Shown: one piece after another, positions 39,429 through 49,529 of the stretch | Position numbering within the stretch: the first letter of the stretch is position 1 | Layout of the letters: every line of letters starts with the position of its first letter | DNA from: an uncultured Haloferula sp. | Lineage (GTDB): Bacteria > Verrucomicrobiota > Verrucomicrobiia > Verrucomicrobiales > Akkermansiaceae | DNA length: 64,000 nucleotides | Direction of reading: 5' to 3' | NCBI GenBank assembly: GCA_965652295.1 | Contig: CBFGTS010000008.1 | Location: 96,001 to 160,000, forward strand | Made by a program: the position numbers and the translations under genes | Notes under the pieces: generated by a model | Database searches by the model: none | Told to the model about the DNA's origin: nothing | Seen by the model: the letters and a program-made list of their open reading frames with translations, nothing else

Positions 39429-40907
39429 CTACTCCTTCTTCTTCAGCAGCGGGAACAGCACCACGTCGCGGATGGTCGGGGCGCCGGTGAGCATCATGAT
39501 GAGGCGGTCGATGCCGATGCCGATGCCGCCGGCGGGGGGCATGCCGTGCTCGAGGGTTTCGATGAAGTCGTAGTCAACCAACTGCTCTTCCTCGCCGCCA
39601 GCCTGGTGCTCGAGGCGCTGGCGTTGGACGTCGGGATCGTTGAGTTCGCTGTAGCCGGGGCTGATTTCCTGGCCGTTGATGATGAGTTCGTAAACTTCGA
39701 CCGTTCGGCCGCCGGGCGTGACTTTGGCCAGCGGCACCAGCTCGCTGGCGACGCGGGTGACGAAGCAGGGGTCGAAGGTGTGCTCCTCGACCTTCTTCTC
39801 GAAGACTTGCTGGATCACCTCGTAGTCCTCCATCTCATCGGAGAGCTGCACGCCGAGTTCGTCGCACTTAGCGCGACGGGCCTCCGGGGTGATGTCGAAG
39901 AAGTCGTCGCCGGCGACCTCCTTGATGAGGTCGTGGTAGTTCGCGCGCTTCCACGGGCGGGAGAGATCGATGGTGCGGAGCACCTCGCCGTTCTCGTCCT
40001 TGTGCTCGATCTGGAGGCCGCCGCAGAAGGTCTCGGCGAGGTGGCAGACGAGGCTTTCCACCAGCTCGGCCATGATCTCGAAATCGGCGAAGGCCTGATA
40101 GGCCTCCAGCATGGTGAACTCGGGGTTGTGGCGGCGGGAGATGCCTTCGTTGCGGAAGTTGCGGTTGAGTTCGAAGACCTTGGTGAAGCCGCCGACGAGC
40201 AGGCGCTTGAGGAAAAGCTCGGGGGCGATGCGCATGGTGAGCGGCATGCCGAGGGCGTTGTGGAAGGTCTCAAACGGACGTGCGGCGGCACCGCCGGCGA
40301 CGCTTTGGAGCATCGGCGTTTCGACTTCGAGGTAGCCGCGCGCGTGGAAGAAGTTCCGGATTTCCGCGACCATGCGGCTGCGGGTCACGAAAGTGGCGGC
40401 GCTTTCCTCGTTCGACATCAGGTCGAGGTGGCGCTTGCGGTACTTGATCTCGCGATCGGCGACGCCATGCCACTTGTCGGGCATCGGGCGGAGCGACTTG
40501 GAAAGCACGGTGAAGCCGGAGACCTTGATGGTCGGCTCGCCGGTGCGGGTGATGAAGGTTTCGCCCTCGATGCCGATCCAATCGCCGCGGTCGAGGCAGT
40601 CGAAGACGGCCTTCTGCTCCTCGGAGAGTTCCTTGATGGCGAGGAATCCCTGGATTTGCCCGAGCACGTCACCGAGATGGAAAAAGCACGAACGACCCAT
40701 GTTGCGCAGGCCCGAGATGCGGCCGGCGACCTTGACCTGGACGCCTTCGGAGAAATCCGCGCGGAGTTCGGCGGGGGTGTGGGTGGTTTCGAAGGCCGAG
40801 CCGAAGGGGTCCACTCCGAGTTCGCGAAGCTTGGCGAGCTTTTCGCGGCGGACGGCGATCAGTTCGGCTTCGGTCGATTGGCTTTGAGGAGCGGTGTCTT
40901 CGGACAT
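39429..40907 (-). CDS. lysS: Lysine--tRNA ligase (class II)
   Basis: [50 protein letters not shown]. Confidence 0.97.
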   Translation of the reverse strand: MSEDTAPQSQSTEAELIAVRREKLAKLRELGVDPFGSAFETTHTPAELRADFSEGVQVKVAGRISGLRNMGRSCFFHLGDVLGQIQGFLAIKELSEEQKAVFDCLDRGDWIGIEGETFITRTGEPTIKVSGFTVLSKSLRPMPDKWHGVADREIKYRKRHLDLMSNEESAATFVTRSRMVAEIRNFFHARGYLEVETPMLQSVAGGAAARPFETFHNALGMPLTMRIAPELFLKRLLVGGFTKVFELNRNFRNEGISRRHNPEFTMLEAYQAFADFEIMAELVESLVCHLAETFCGGLQIEHKDENGEVLRTIDLSRPWKRANYHDLIKEVAGDDFFDITPEARRAKCDELGVQLSDEMEDYEVIQQVFEKKVEEHTFDPCFVTRVASELVPLAKVTPGGRTVEVYELIINGQEISPGYSELNDPDVQRQRLEHQAGGEEEQLVDYDFIETLEHGMPPAGGIGIGIDRLIMMLTGAPTIRDVVLFPLLKKKE

Positions 40908-40947
40908 GGCGGGGGTGGCTTTAGGCCATCCGACCGGGCTCCGCAAG

Positions 40948-40972
40948 GGTAGGGATGACGGAACGTTGTCCG
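40948..40972 (+). repeat. Single GTAG-type REP-like palindrome
   Basis: GGTAGGGATGACG-GAA-CGTTGTCCG imperfect hairpin after GTAG. Confidence 0.45.
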
Positions 40973-40973
40973 T

Positions 40974-43685
40974 TCAGCGGAAGTCCGAGAGGGGTACTTT
41001 CGAGTTCTCGCCTTTCTCGATCCATTTGTCGCGGCCGTTGATTTCGAAGTGGATGCGCAGGCCCTTGTTCCAACCGGGGTTGGGATCGGCTCCGAGTTCC
41101 CGCGGGTTGACCCAGAAATCGCGCCCCTCGCCCTCGACGATGGTGCGGACGCGCTGGGTGACGTCGGCATCCTTGCCTCCGGTGCCGTAAATGGCGCGGA
41201 GGATCCGTATGGGGCTGAGGCGGGGGTTTTCCGCGGAGGCGATCCGCTCGAAGGTGCCGAGCCAGACGGTGAGGTCCTTCATTTCGTCCAGCTCCTCGCG
41301 GAGCTGGTGGGCGATTTCCATCTGGCCCGTCTTGCGCATGGCGTCGGCGTAGGCATCGAGGCGTTGGAGGAAGGCGTCGTGGATGACGGAGGCTTGTTTC
41401 TCGAAGGCCCGGTCGATCTTCGCCTGCTGGTCGAGCGCGGCAGTGCCGATGCGGGTGATGCCTTCGTGAAAGTGGTCGCTGCCTTTTCTGGGAATGCCCG
41501 TAGGGATGCGGTGGTCGTGGATGCGCTGGAGGATGCGGTCCACATCGACTTGCCACCGTTCGGCGTCGCCCTTGGTGAGGCCGCGCAGCCAGACGCCGAT
41601 GTCCCATCGCAGGACCTGCTCGTTTTTCTCCAGAGCGGTCTGACGTTTGGCGTCGAGCGCCACGAGGAGTTCCTCCGTCTTTTCCCGGATCTCGGACGGC
41701 GGAAGCAGGCCGGAATCCGGCGGGGGATCGGGGGTGGGAACAGGACCCCATTCCAGCACGCAGCCGGCGACCGGCTCGGAGGGGTCCGAATCGGCCCAGC
41801 CGTTGCCGGCTTCGATCGTGAGCGCGCCGAAGTCGCCCGAAGGATGGCCGTCGGCCCAGCGGGCGAAGGTCCAGGGCTGGTCGCCGGGCCACTTCCATTC
41901 CAAACCGTCGCGTTCGCCGCCCAGCCAGAGACGGGAGCCCGGGGGCAGCTCCGCGGTGGCACTCGCGAGCCAGTCGGCTGCTTCAGGGGTGGTCGGTGCC
42001 ATCAGCCGGGCGTTGCCGGCGACAGCCAGGGCTCGGGCATCGGCGTGGGTCATGGGATCGAGGACGACGAGGCGGTGGTTATCGCCATGGGCTTCGGTGC
42101 CAGCGGGAAACCAGGACTGGCCGCCCTCGATCGATGCGGCGGTGCGGGCGAGGATGTGGCGGAGGTCGGTGGGATCGGAGCCATCGCGAGCCCATTCGAT
42201 GAGAAAGGGGAGCGGCTGGTCGGCGGCAACGGCGGCGAGACGGCCATCGGTGGTCAGGGATGCGGCCGTGCCGTCGCCTTGGATCTCGGTCGCGGCCGGC
42301 CACGCCGAGCCATTGATCGCTTGCCAGGTGCCGTCCGGGCGGCGGGAGGAGCCGAGCCATTGCGGTGAGTCGGAGCGTTCGGCAATCCATCCGATTTCGG
42401 CGGGGTCATCAATGAGCGGCAGGTGGCCGCCATAGTCGGCGGCAAACCGACGTGCCTGGTCCCAGGTCATCGCGCTGGTGACGGGGAAGTAGTGCGAGGT
42501 ATCGGAGGTGAGGGTGCCGGTGGGCAGCTCATCGAAATCCCCGGCGGTGAGCGATTCGCGGAGGCGGCGCAGCGATTGGGCGGGCGTTTCCGCGGGGGCG
42601 GCGGGCGCTTTCTCCGGGGTGGGAGCGACGGGTGCCTCCGGCGTGGAGGGAGGTGGAGGCCTGCTCGCGGCGGGAGGGGAAATGCCGGCGGTGGCGGCGG
42701 GTTTCGGGGGCGGCGGCGGGGAAGTCAGCTCGTGTTGCTTCGTTTGGTAGGCTTTCCAGGTGAAGGCGATCGCGATCAGGAGGATGGCGATGATGACGAG
42801 GTTCCGGATGAGTGGCGCGGGCGAGAGGTTCCGGCGGCGTGGTGCGACGGAGCGGGTGGGCTCGGCGGAGATTTCGGGGGTGGGAGCGTGAAGCCAGGCG
42901 TCGAGGGCGTCGGCCATTTCGCTGATGCTTTCAAAACGGTCGGCGGGGTCGGGTCGGGTGGCTTTTTCGCAGATGGCGTCGAGGGCGGGATCGCAGCCGG
43001 AGACGGCGGACGGGGGCGGGTCCTCGGGCGCGGGGAGCTTTCCGGTGAGCAGCTCGTGGAGCATCACGCCGACGGCGAAAATGTCGGAGCGGGCGTCGCC
43101 CTGGGTCAGACCTTGGAGCACCTCGGGGGCGAGGTAGTCGGGCGTGCCCATCACGAGGCCGGCGTGTTCGGCATCGTGGGGCACTGCGAGGCCGAAATCG
43201 CCGAGCTTGGGCTCGCGGCGGGGTGTGAGGAGGACATTGGCGGGTTTGACGTCGCGATGGACGATGCCGTTCTCGTGCGCGTGGGCGAGTCCGCGGCAGA
43301 TGGAGGCGATCATTTCGGCCGACTGGTCCGGTGCGACGGCGAGTCCGTGAGCGGAGTGATGCAGAGATTTTCCCGGCACGTACTCCATGGCGATGTAGAG
43401 CAGGCCGTCCACCTCGCCGAAGTCGTACACGGCGATGAGGTTCGGGTGGTTGAGTCGCGCCATTGCCCGGGCCTCGGTTTCGAAGGAGCGGCGGAAGACT
43501 TCGTCGGCCCCGAGTTCAGGCGGCAGGATCTTGATGGCGGTCGGCCGGTCGAGGGTGCGCTGGTGGGCGAGGTAGACGACTCCCATGCCGCCTTGGGCGA
43601 TGAAATCCCGGACTTCGTAGGCCGGTAGAAGCTGACTCAGAAAACCGGGATCGGGGGCTTGGAACGAGGGATCGGTCATCGGCAC
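40974..43685 (-). CDS. Membrane Ser/Thr protein kinase with extracytoplasmic C-type-lectin-like domains
   Basis: GGMGVVY, AIK, HRDVKPAN, DFG, GTPDYLAPE; TM; Pro-rich linker; MTWDQARRFA..YGGHL and LWLGG...WKW...WADGHP lectin-like motifs. Confidence 0.9.
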   Translation of the reverse strand: MPMTDPSFQAPDPGFLSQLLPAYEVRDFIAQGGMGVVYLAHQRTLDRPTAIKILPPELGADEVFRRSFETEARAMARLNHPNLIAVYDFGEVDGLLYIAMEYVPGKSLHHSAHGLAVAPDQSAEMIASICRGLAHAHENGIVHRDVKPANVLLTPRREPKLGDFGLAVPHDAEHAGLVMGTPDYLAPEVLQGLTQGDARSDIFAVGVMLHELLTGKLPAPEDPPPSAVSGCDPALDAICEKATRPDPADRFESISEMADALDAWLHAPTPEISAEPTRSVAPRRRNLSPAPLIRNLVIIAILLIAIAFTWKAYQTKQHELTSPPPPPKPAATAGISPPAASRPPPPSTPEAPVAPTPEKAPAAPAETPAQSLRRLRESLTAGDFDELPTGTLTSDTSHYFPVTSAMTWDQARRFAADYGGHLPLIDDPAEIGWIAERSDSPQWLGSSRRPDGTWQAINGSAWPAATEIQGDGTAASLTTDGRLAAVAADQPLPFLIEWARDGSDPTDLRHILARTAASIEGGQSWFPAGTEAHGDNHRLVVLDPMTHADARALAVAGNARLMAPTTPEAADWLASATAELPPGSRLWLGGERDGLEWKWPGDQPWTFARWADGHPSGDFGALTIEAGNGWADSDPSEPVAGCVLEWGPVPTPDPPPDSGLLPPSEIREKTEELLVALDAKRQTALEKNEQVLRWDIGVWLRGLTKGDAERWQVDVDRILQRIHDHRIPTGIPRKGSDHFHEGITRIGTAALDQQAKIDRAFEKQASVIHDAFLQRLDAYADAMRKTGQMEIAHQLREELDEMKDLTVWLGTFERIASAENPRLSPIRILRAIYGTGGKDADVTQRVRTIVEGEGRDFWVNPRELGADPNPGWNKGLRIHFEINGRDKWIEKGENSKVPLSDFR

Positions 43686-43741
43686 GTCTCCGTCACACTA
43701 GCGACGAATCGGTGTGAGGCGATGTTTTCCGGGCAGCTCCT

Positions 43742-44863
43742 TCAGGCCGCCGGAAACCGCAGCTCGATCTCGGTGCCGCCGGTGGCGGGGGAAGTGGCGG
43801 TGATGGAACCGCCATGGCGGTCCATGATCTGGCGGCAGATGCTGAGGCCGAGGCCGCTGCCGTCGGCGTCGGTGGCGTTGTCCCCGCGCTGGCGGGGTTC
43901 GAAGAGGCGGTCGATGTCGGCGGCGGGAATGCCGCGTCCGTTGTCGGAAATCCTAACCAGCACGGACCCGGAGTCGCGGGACGAGTGGATCCGGATCCGA
44001 GGCGGAGAGTCCGCCGCGTATTTGACGGCGTTCTCGATGATGTTCCCGAAGAGCTGGACCAACTGGATGTGGCGGCCGTTGACGACGGGGAGGGGGCGCT
44101 CGATCTCGACCTGGGCACCGGCTTGGCGGAGCCGGCTCTGGAGGCCGGCCAGCGTGGTTTCGAGGACCGCTTCAAGATCGACAGGTTCGAGCCGGTCGAG
44201 GTGGTTCTGGGTCAGGGCTTCGGCGTGAAGCTCCCGGATCATCCGGTCCATGTGGCCGAGGGAATCAAGCAGGAACCCCACCTGCTCCTTGGCATGTCCT
44301 AGGTCGCCTTTGTCCACGGATTCACGCAGCATCTCGGCGGCGAAGAGCGAGCCGCTCATGGGATTTTTCAGGTCGTGGGTGAGGACGCTGGAGAAGGCTT
44401 CGAGATCGTGATTCGTGCGACGGAGCATCTCCTCCATTTCCCGTGTCTTCGCCAGTTGGACTTCGAGTCGTTCGTTGACCCGCCGCAGGCCGGGAAGCTC
44501 CAGGGCCTTCGGTGCCGCGCGGATGATGGCAATGACGGTGATCCAGGAAACGGTGGCGGTGACGGCCTTCATCAGTCCCGAAAAGCGGTAGATCGGGTGG
44601 TAAAAGATGATTGCCTCCACGAGATGCGTGGTGCCGCAGCTGAAAATGAAAGCAGCGAAGAGCCAGAAGAGCCGGGGAAAGGCGAGTTCGGAGCGTTTCA
44701 CCCACCAGAACGCCGCGAGGGCGAAAGGAATGACCGAATAGGCCGCGGCGATCGCAATGTCGGAAATGATGTGGGTCCAGCCGTGGGCCGGTGACCAATC
44801 GCCACAGTTCCAGCGCGCCGGGAAGTCCGAGGTGTCGAAGAGGAGTTTGAGAAACTCGGGCAT
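43742..44863 (-). CDS. Sensor histidine kinase with ETR1-like transmembrane domain
   Basis: ISDIAIAAAYSVIP...FAAFIFSCGTTHL; THDLKNP H-box, NAVKY, DNGRG, GSGLGL. Confidence 0.9.
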   Translation of the reverse strand: MPEFLKLLFDTSDFPARWNCGDWSPAHGWTHIISDIAIAAAYSVIPFALAAFWWVKRSELAFPRLFWLFAAFIFSCGTTHLVEAIIFYHPIYRFSGLMKAVTATVSWITVIAIIRAAPKALELPGLRRVNERLEVQLAKTREMEEMLRRTNHDLEAFSSVLTHDLKNPMSGSLFAAEMLRESVDKGDLGHAKEQVGFLLDSLGHMDRMIRELHAEALTQNHLDRLEPVDLEAVLETTLAGLQSRLRQAGAQVEIERPLPVVNGRHIQLVQLFGNIIENAVKYAADSPPRIRIHSSRDSGSVLVRISDNGRGIPAADIDRLFEPRQRGDNATDADGSGLGLSICRQIMDRHGGSITATSPATGGTEIELRFPAA

Positions 44864-45060
44864 GGTGGTAAGCCAGCCGTTTTCTAGGGAGGCCGGGCAG
44901 GGTTTCCTAGGCAGAATTTCAGGGAAGCAGAACCGTCTGGGTTGCGGATTGCAATTTGCGGAGCAGGTCCGGGCATTTTGCTCTGAAATGGGAGCGGATG
45001 CGGCAGGGGAAACGGCCAAGGAATGGCGCAGTCTCAGGCGTTTGGGCAGGTGTCGGAACT

Positions 45061-45076
45061 TGGCCCGCCGGTTGCG
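45061..45076 (+). promoter_or_regulatory. Possible sigma-54 (-24/-12) promoter
   Basis: TGGCCCGCCGGTTGCG fits GG-N10-GC, 14 nt before ATG 45091. Confidence 0.4.
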
Positions 45077-45090
45077 ATGAGGCAGCCGCT

Positions 45091-45456
45091 ATGACCGATT
45101 TCCAATCACCCCAGTATCCGGGCGGCACCCAGCCGGACCATCCCCGTAGCGAGCCTTCCATGGTTCTCCCCGGCGGCATGCCCGAGGAGCAAGGAAAGCT
45201 GCAGAAGGTTGCCGATACGGCGCGGGATCGATTTCATAAACTTACCTGGCCGGAGATTGCCGTCGCGGCGCTTGCCGGCTTCGCAGTCGGTTGGTTGGTT
45301 GCATCGCCGCGACGGCATCCATCCCTGCATGACATCGTTGACGACTCGCTGCGTCCGTGGGCATGCCGCGGTCTCCACAACGCGGCGGATTCGATCCGCC
45401 ATAGCCGACCGGTGAATCTGGTGCAGGAAGGGATCTCGAAACTCCGTGCCTCCTGA
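45091..45456 (+). CDS. Small membrane-anchored hypothetical protein (ElaB/YqjD-like)
   Basis: IAVAALAGFAVGWLV helix after a charged segment. Confidence 0.6.
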   Translation: MTDFQSPQYPGGTQPDHPRSEPSMVLPGGMPEEQGKLQKVADTARDRFHKLTWPEIAVAALAGFAVGWLVASPRRHPSLHDIVDDSLRPWACRGLHNAADSIRHSRPVNLVQEGISKLRAS

Positions 45457-45459
45457 ATC

Positions 45460-45792
45460 ATGAGCGACATCGATCCCAAGAAACATCCGGAGCAGTGGCT
45501 GGAACGGAAAGCCAGCGAGCAGGCCGAAAAGGCACGGAGCTGCTGTGATGAGATCAAAGCTTCGACACGCGACAATCCGACCCAGGCGCTGGCGATTGCA
45601 TTCGGTGCGGGCTATTTGGCGCGGAGCCTCCCGGTTTTCCGCACCGCGGGTTACACGTTGCGGGGAACCATGCATCTCGTGCCCTATGTTTTAGGGATTC
45701 TAGGCGCGGCGCGGCTGTATGAAATCGTGCGCGACGAGTATCTGGATCGCGAGGAAAACCAGCCACCACCCTCCTCGTCAGGAGCGGGCTGA
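45460..45792 (+). CDS. Small hypothetical protein (ElaB/YqjD-like)
   Basis: RDNPTQALAIAFGAGYL motif. Confidence 0.7.
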   Translation: MSDIDPKKHPEQWLERKASEQAEKARSCCDEIKASTRDNPTQALAIAFGAGYLARSLPVFRTAGYTLRGTMHLVPYVLGILGAARLYEIVRDEYLDREENQPPPSSSGAG

Positions 45793-45806
45793 GAAACCCG
45801 AAATTC

Positions 45807-47690
45807 TCAGGAGAGAAGCGCCTCCAGCTCCTCCCAGCGGGCATAAAGACGAGAGACTTCGTCGCGTGCCCGGTCGAGATCGGAGACCAGCTGGGGGACT
45901 TCGTTGAAACGCTCGGTCTGGAAGATCGGGTCGTTGAGCTTCAGTTCCATCGCTTCGACTTCGTGCTCGGCGGCGCTGATGCGGTCCTCGATTCCCTCGA
46001 GTTCCTTCTTTTCCGCCAGGGTCAGCTTACGCGGTTTGTCCGCGGATTTGCCCGCGGTCCTGCGGCGGGCATCGGCCTCGCGAGCGGCGGCCTGGGCGCG
46101 CTGGATGGCTTCGCGCTGCTGGCGTTTCTCCAGATAGTAGGAGTAGTTGCCGGGCGTGATGTGGACGCCGTCGTCCTCGAACGCGATGATCCGATCGCAG
46201 ATGCGGTCGAGGAAATAGCGGTCGTGCGAGACGACGAGGACCGCTCCTTCGAAGTCGGCGATCGCTTCCTCCAGCATGCGCAGCGAGGGCAGGTCGAGGT
46301 CGTTGGTCGGCTCGTCGAGCACCAGCAGGTTGCCGCCGGTCTTGAGGACCTTGGCGAGCATCAGCCGCGCACGCTCGCCGCCGGAGAGGAGATCGACGCG
46401 CTCGTTGATCCGATCGTCGGTGAAGAGGAAGCGCCGCAGGTAGCCTCGGGCACCGATGATCTGGTCGCCGAAGTGGACCTTCTCGTTCCCCTCGGCGACC
46501 TCGTCGAGCAGCGAGCCCGAGCCATCGAGTACCATGCGCGTCTGGTCGATGTAGTTGACCTTCACCCGTTTCCCGACCTCGGCCTTACCTTCGCTGGGCT
46601 CGATCTTGCCGAGGCAGAGCTTGAGCAGGGTGGTCTTGCCGACGCCGTTGCGGCCGACGATACCGGTGCACTCGCCGGGGCGGATCGAGAGATCGAGGTG
46701 GCGGAAGAGCCAGCGCGGGGAAGCGCCGGATCCGACGTTGATGCCGGCTCCCTCAAGCTCCACGACCTTGTCGCCCAGACCCGGCGGCGGCGGGATGAGC
46801 AGGTCCATTTCCCGCTCCTCGGGCGGGGCTTCCATGCCCTCGATTTCATAGAACTTGTCGAGCCGGTGGCGTGACTTGGTGGTGCGCGCCTTGACGCCGG
46901 CGCGGACCCACTCGAGTTCCTCGCGGAGAAAGCGCTGGCGGCGTCGCTCGGTCTGCTCGGCGATCTGCTGGCGGATTGCCTTCGATTCGAGGAAAGCGGT
47001 GTAGTTGCCGGGGTGCGAGTAGGCCTTTCCCTGATCGATCTCGATGATGCGGGTGGCGATGACATCGAGGAAATAGCGGTCGTGGGTAACGAAGATGACC
47101 GCGCCGGTGTAGGTCTTGAGGAAATCCTCGAGCCAGCGGATCGAGTCGGCGTCGAGGTGGTTCGTCGGTTCGTCGAGCAGCAGCAGGTCGGGCTGCGAGG
47201 CGAGCGCGCGGCAGAGGGCGACGCGGCGTTTTTCCCCACCGGACAGCGGGCCGGTCTGGACTTCGAGCGGTGGGGTGCCGAGCGCGTTGCAGAGGGCCTG
47301 GATGCGGGAGTCGAGGTTCCAGCCATCGGCGTGGTCGATGAGATGAAGCAGGTCGGCGAGTTCGGCCTCGGAGCCGTCGCCATTCTCGTAGCGGCGGATG
47401 GCATCGACCACGTCCTGCGCGCCGCTGGCGATGTTCTCGTGAACGGATTTTTCGGGATCGAGTTCGAACTCCTGCGGCAGGTAGCCGACACGGAGCTGGC
47501 GCTGGCGGGCGATGTCGCCGGAGTCGGGCGCGTTGTGGCCGGCCAGGATTTTGAGAAGCGAGGTCTTGCCGCAGCCATTGCGGCCGACGAGGCCGACTTT
47601 CTCTCCTGCCTCCACCGCGAGGGTGACGTCATCGAGCAAGGTCTGGTGGCCGTAGGCGAGGCGGAGGTCTTTGGCGGAAAGGAGCGACAT
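45807..47690 (-). CDS. ABC-F family ATPase (Uup-like)
   Basis: Two ABC cassettes (GRNGCGKT/LSGGE/DEPTN twice), linker, C-terminal coiled coil with LYARWEEL. Confidence 0.93.
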   Translation of the reverse strand: MSLLSAKDLRLAYGHQTLLDDVTLAVEAGEKVGLVGRNGCGKTSLLKILAGHNAPDSGDIARQRQLRVGYLPQEFELDPEKSVHENIASGAQDVVDAIRRYENGDGSEAELADLLHLIDHADGWNLDSRIQALCNALGTPPLEVQTGPLSGGEKRRVALCRALASQPDLLLLDEPTNHLDADSIRWLEDFLKTYTGAVIFVTHDRYFLDVIATRIIEIDQGKAYSHPGNYTAFLESKAIRQQIAEQTERRRQRFLREELEWVRAGVKARTTKSRHRLDKFYEIEGMEAPPEEREMDLLIPPPPGLGDKVVELEGAGINVGSGASPRWLFRHLDLSIRPGECTGIVGRNGVGKTTLLKLCLGKIEPSEGKAEVGKRVKVNYIDQTRMVLDGSGSLLDEVAEGNEKVHFGDQIIGARGYLRRFLFTDDRINERVDLLSGGERARLMLAKVLKTGGNLLVLDEPTNDLDLPSLRMLEEAIADFEGAVLVVSHDRYFLDRICDRIIAFEDDGVHITPGNYSYYLEKRQQREAIQRAQAAAREADARRRTAGKSADKPRKLTLAEKKELEGIEDRISAAEHEVEAMELKLNDPIFQTERFNEVPQLVSDLDRARDEVSRLYARWEELEALLS

Positions 47691-47794
47691 GGGTGCGGGC
47701 GGACCATCGATGCTCTGGAGCGGGATGGCGAGCGTTCGTCTTGGCGGGATCGATTTCGTGAAACCTTTCCTATGTCCCCGGCGTTTCTGCTTCC

Positions 47795-48727
47795 GTGCGG
47801 AGCTTGTTGATTTTCCTGATTTTTACGGCGGGCGTGGTGGCGCAGATCCCGCGCGAGCCGCGGTTGCATGATCCGTCCACGGTGGTCCGTGAACGTGGCG
47901 ACGCCTGGTGTTTCTCCACGGGGCCCGGCATCGGGGTGCTGAAGCAGGACGGAAACGAATGGCGGCATGTGGGGCCGGTATTTCCCCGCGGCTCGCAGCC
48001 GGATTGGCACGAGGAGAAGATACCCGGAAACCGCGGGCATCTATGGGCTCCGGACGTGATCGAGATCGGCGACCGCTGGTGTGTCTATTACTCCGTCTCG
48101 ACCTTTGGCAAAAACACCTCGGCAATCGGCATGGCGAGCCGGAAGACGCTCGGTCCCGGCACAGAGGACGAGCCGTGGGAGGACCTGGGAGTGATCATCA
48201 CCTCCGGCCCCGGCGACCGTTTCAACGCGATCGATCCGGCGCTGATCGCCGACGGGCGGAGGCTGTGGATGAGCTTCGGGAGTTTTTGGGACGGCATCAT
48301 GCTGGTGGAGCTGGATGCCAAGACCGGGCTGCGGAAGGACCCGGATGCCCCCCCCGTGAAGCTCGCGAGCTACCCGGAGATCGAGGCACCCTTCATCCAC
48401 AAGCAGGACGGCTGGTATTATCTCTTCGTCAACTGGGGCAAATGCTGCCGCGGGGTGGAGAGCACCTATGAAATCCGCGTGGGCCGGAGCAAATCGATCG
48501 AGGGGCCCTACGAGGACCGTGAGGGCACACCGATGGTTCAGGGCGGAGGGACGCAGGTCTTGGCAAGTCGGGACCGGTTCATCGGGCCGGGTCACGCCTC
48601 CATCTACGAGAAGGGTCGTAGGCAGTGGCTGGTCCATCACTACTACGACGGCGAGGATCACGGGAAATCCAAGCTGCGCCTCGTGCCACTGGAGTGGGAG
48701 GATGGTTGGCCGGTGGTGAAGGAGTGA
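47795..48727 (+). CDS. GH43 arabinan endo-1,5-alpha-L-arabinosidase-like enzyme
   Basis: HDPS, WAPD, NAIDP, SFGSFWDGI, IEAP, GPGH. Confidence 0.92.
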   Translation: MRSLLIFLIFTAGVVAQIPREPRLHDPSTVVRERGDAWCFSTGPGIGVLKQDGNEWRHVGPVFPRGSQPDWHEEKIPGNRGHLWAPDVIEIGDRWCVYYSVSTFGKNTSAIGMASRKTLGPGTEDEPWEDLGVIITSGPGDRFNAIDPALIADGRRLWMSFGSFWDGIMLVELDAKTGLRKDPDAPPVKLASYPEIEAPFIHKQDGWYYLFVNWGKCCRGVESTYEIRVGRSKSIEGPYEDREGTPMVQGGGTQVLASRDRFIGPGHASIYEKGRRQWLVHHYYDGEDHGKSKLRLVPLEWEDGWPVVKE

Positions 48728-48739
48728 GCGCGGTGATGT

Positions 48740-49087
48740 TCAGGGCGATGACGGTTTCGTCGGAATCCCCCGGTGGAGCAACCAAGCCAGCGCGAGGAAG
48801 GTCACCGAATAGCTTGCCGTTGAGGCAATCGACAGGATCTCGTTCACAACCGGGATGTAGAAGATGCTGGAGGGATTGAATCCTCCGAGCGGAACGAGGG
48901 TGAGAAGCCAGACGGCGTGGTGAAAAAGCCAGATCAGGAGCTGAATGACGCTGGCGACGAAGCCTGCGAGAGTTGCGGGAGAGCGGGCGACGTGGCGTAG
49001 TTGCCAAAAAGCCAGCGGGAGCACGATCAGGATGACAAGCCAGGCAAGCCCGATCGCAGCAGAAAGAGACTGAAACCAAACGTCCAT
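48740..49087 (-). CDS. Hypothetical membrane protein
   Basis: Three hydrophobic helices; start overlaps the upstream stop. Confidence 0.6.
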   Translation of the reverse strand: MDVWFQSLSAAIGLAWLVILIVLPLAFWQLRHVARSPATLAGFVASVIQLLIWLFHHAVWLLTLVPLGGFNPSSIFYIPVVNEILSIASTASYSVTFLALAWLLHRGIPTKPSSP

Positions 49088-49476
49088 CAGGGGGTCAGGG
49101 AGAAGCGGTGTTCACGGATCAGATCGCGGACATGGCGTAGAAAGCCGAGGGCGACGAGCAACACGCCGATGTTGCAGAGAAAGGTGAAGATACGGGAGAG
49201 CATGACGAAGGAGGCTGACAATTGGACGTTGCCTATGAAAATCGCGGGAGTGGATCCTTCCTCCGGCACGCCTCCGGTCAGCATCTGGTCGAGCGTCTCG
49301 CTCCCGAAGAAAGCTTCTGCCAGCGGGAAGATTCGTGCCCCACAGGCGATGAAGACTCCGACGATCATCAGTCGGGGGAGCCGGAACTTGCGATGGCGAA
49401 GGATCGCCACGAGCAGCACCAGCAGGGTTGCGGTAACAACCAATTCATAGACCTTGTGGGCAATCACCATCGCCAT
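49087..49476 (-). CDS. Hypothetical membrane protein
   Basis: C-terminal part of track ORF 49087..49950 from ATG 49476; three hydrophobic helices. Confidence 0.6.
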   Translation of the reverse strand: MAMVIAHKVYELVVTATLLVLLVAILRHRKFRLPRLMIVGVFIACGARIFPLAEAFFGSETLDQMLTGGVPEEGSTPAIFIGNVQLSASFVMLSRIFTFLCNIGVLLVALGFLRHVRDLIREHRFSLTP

Positions 49477-49529
49477 CCAAACCGTAGGGGCGGTGCGGGA
49501 GCGAGCGAAATCGGAACGGAGAACTGGCG

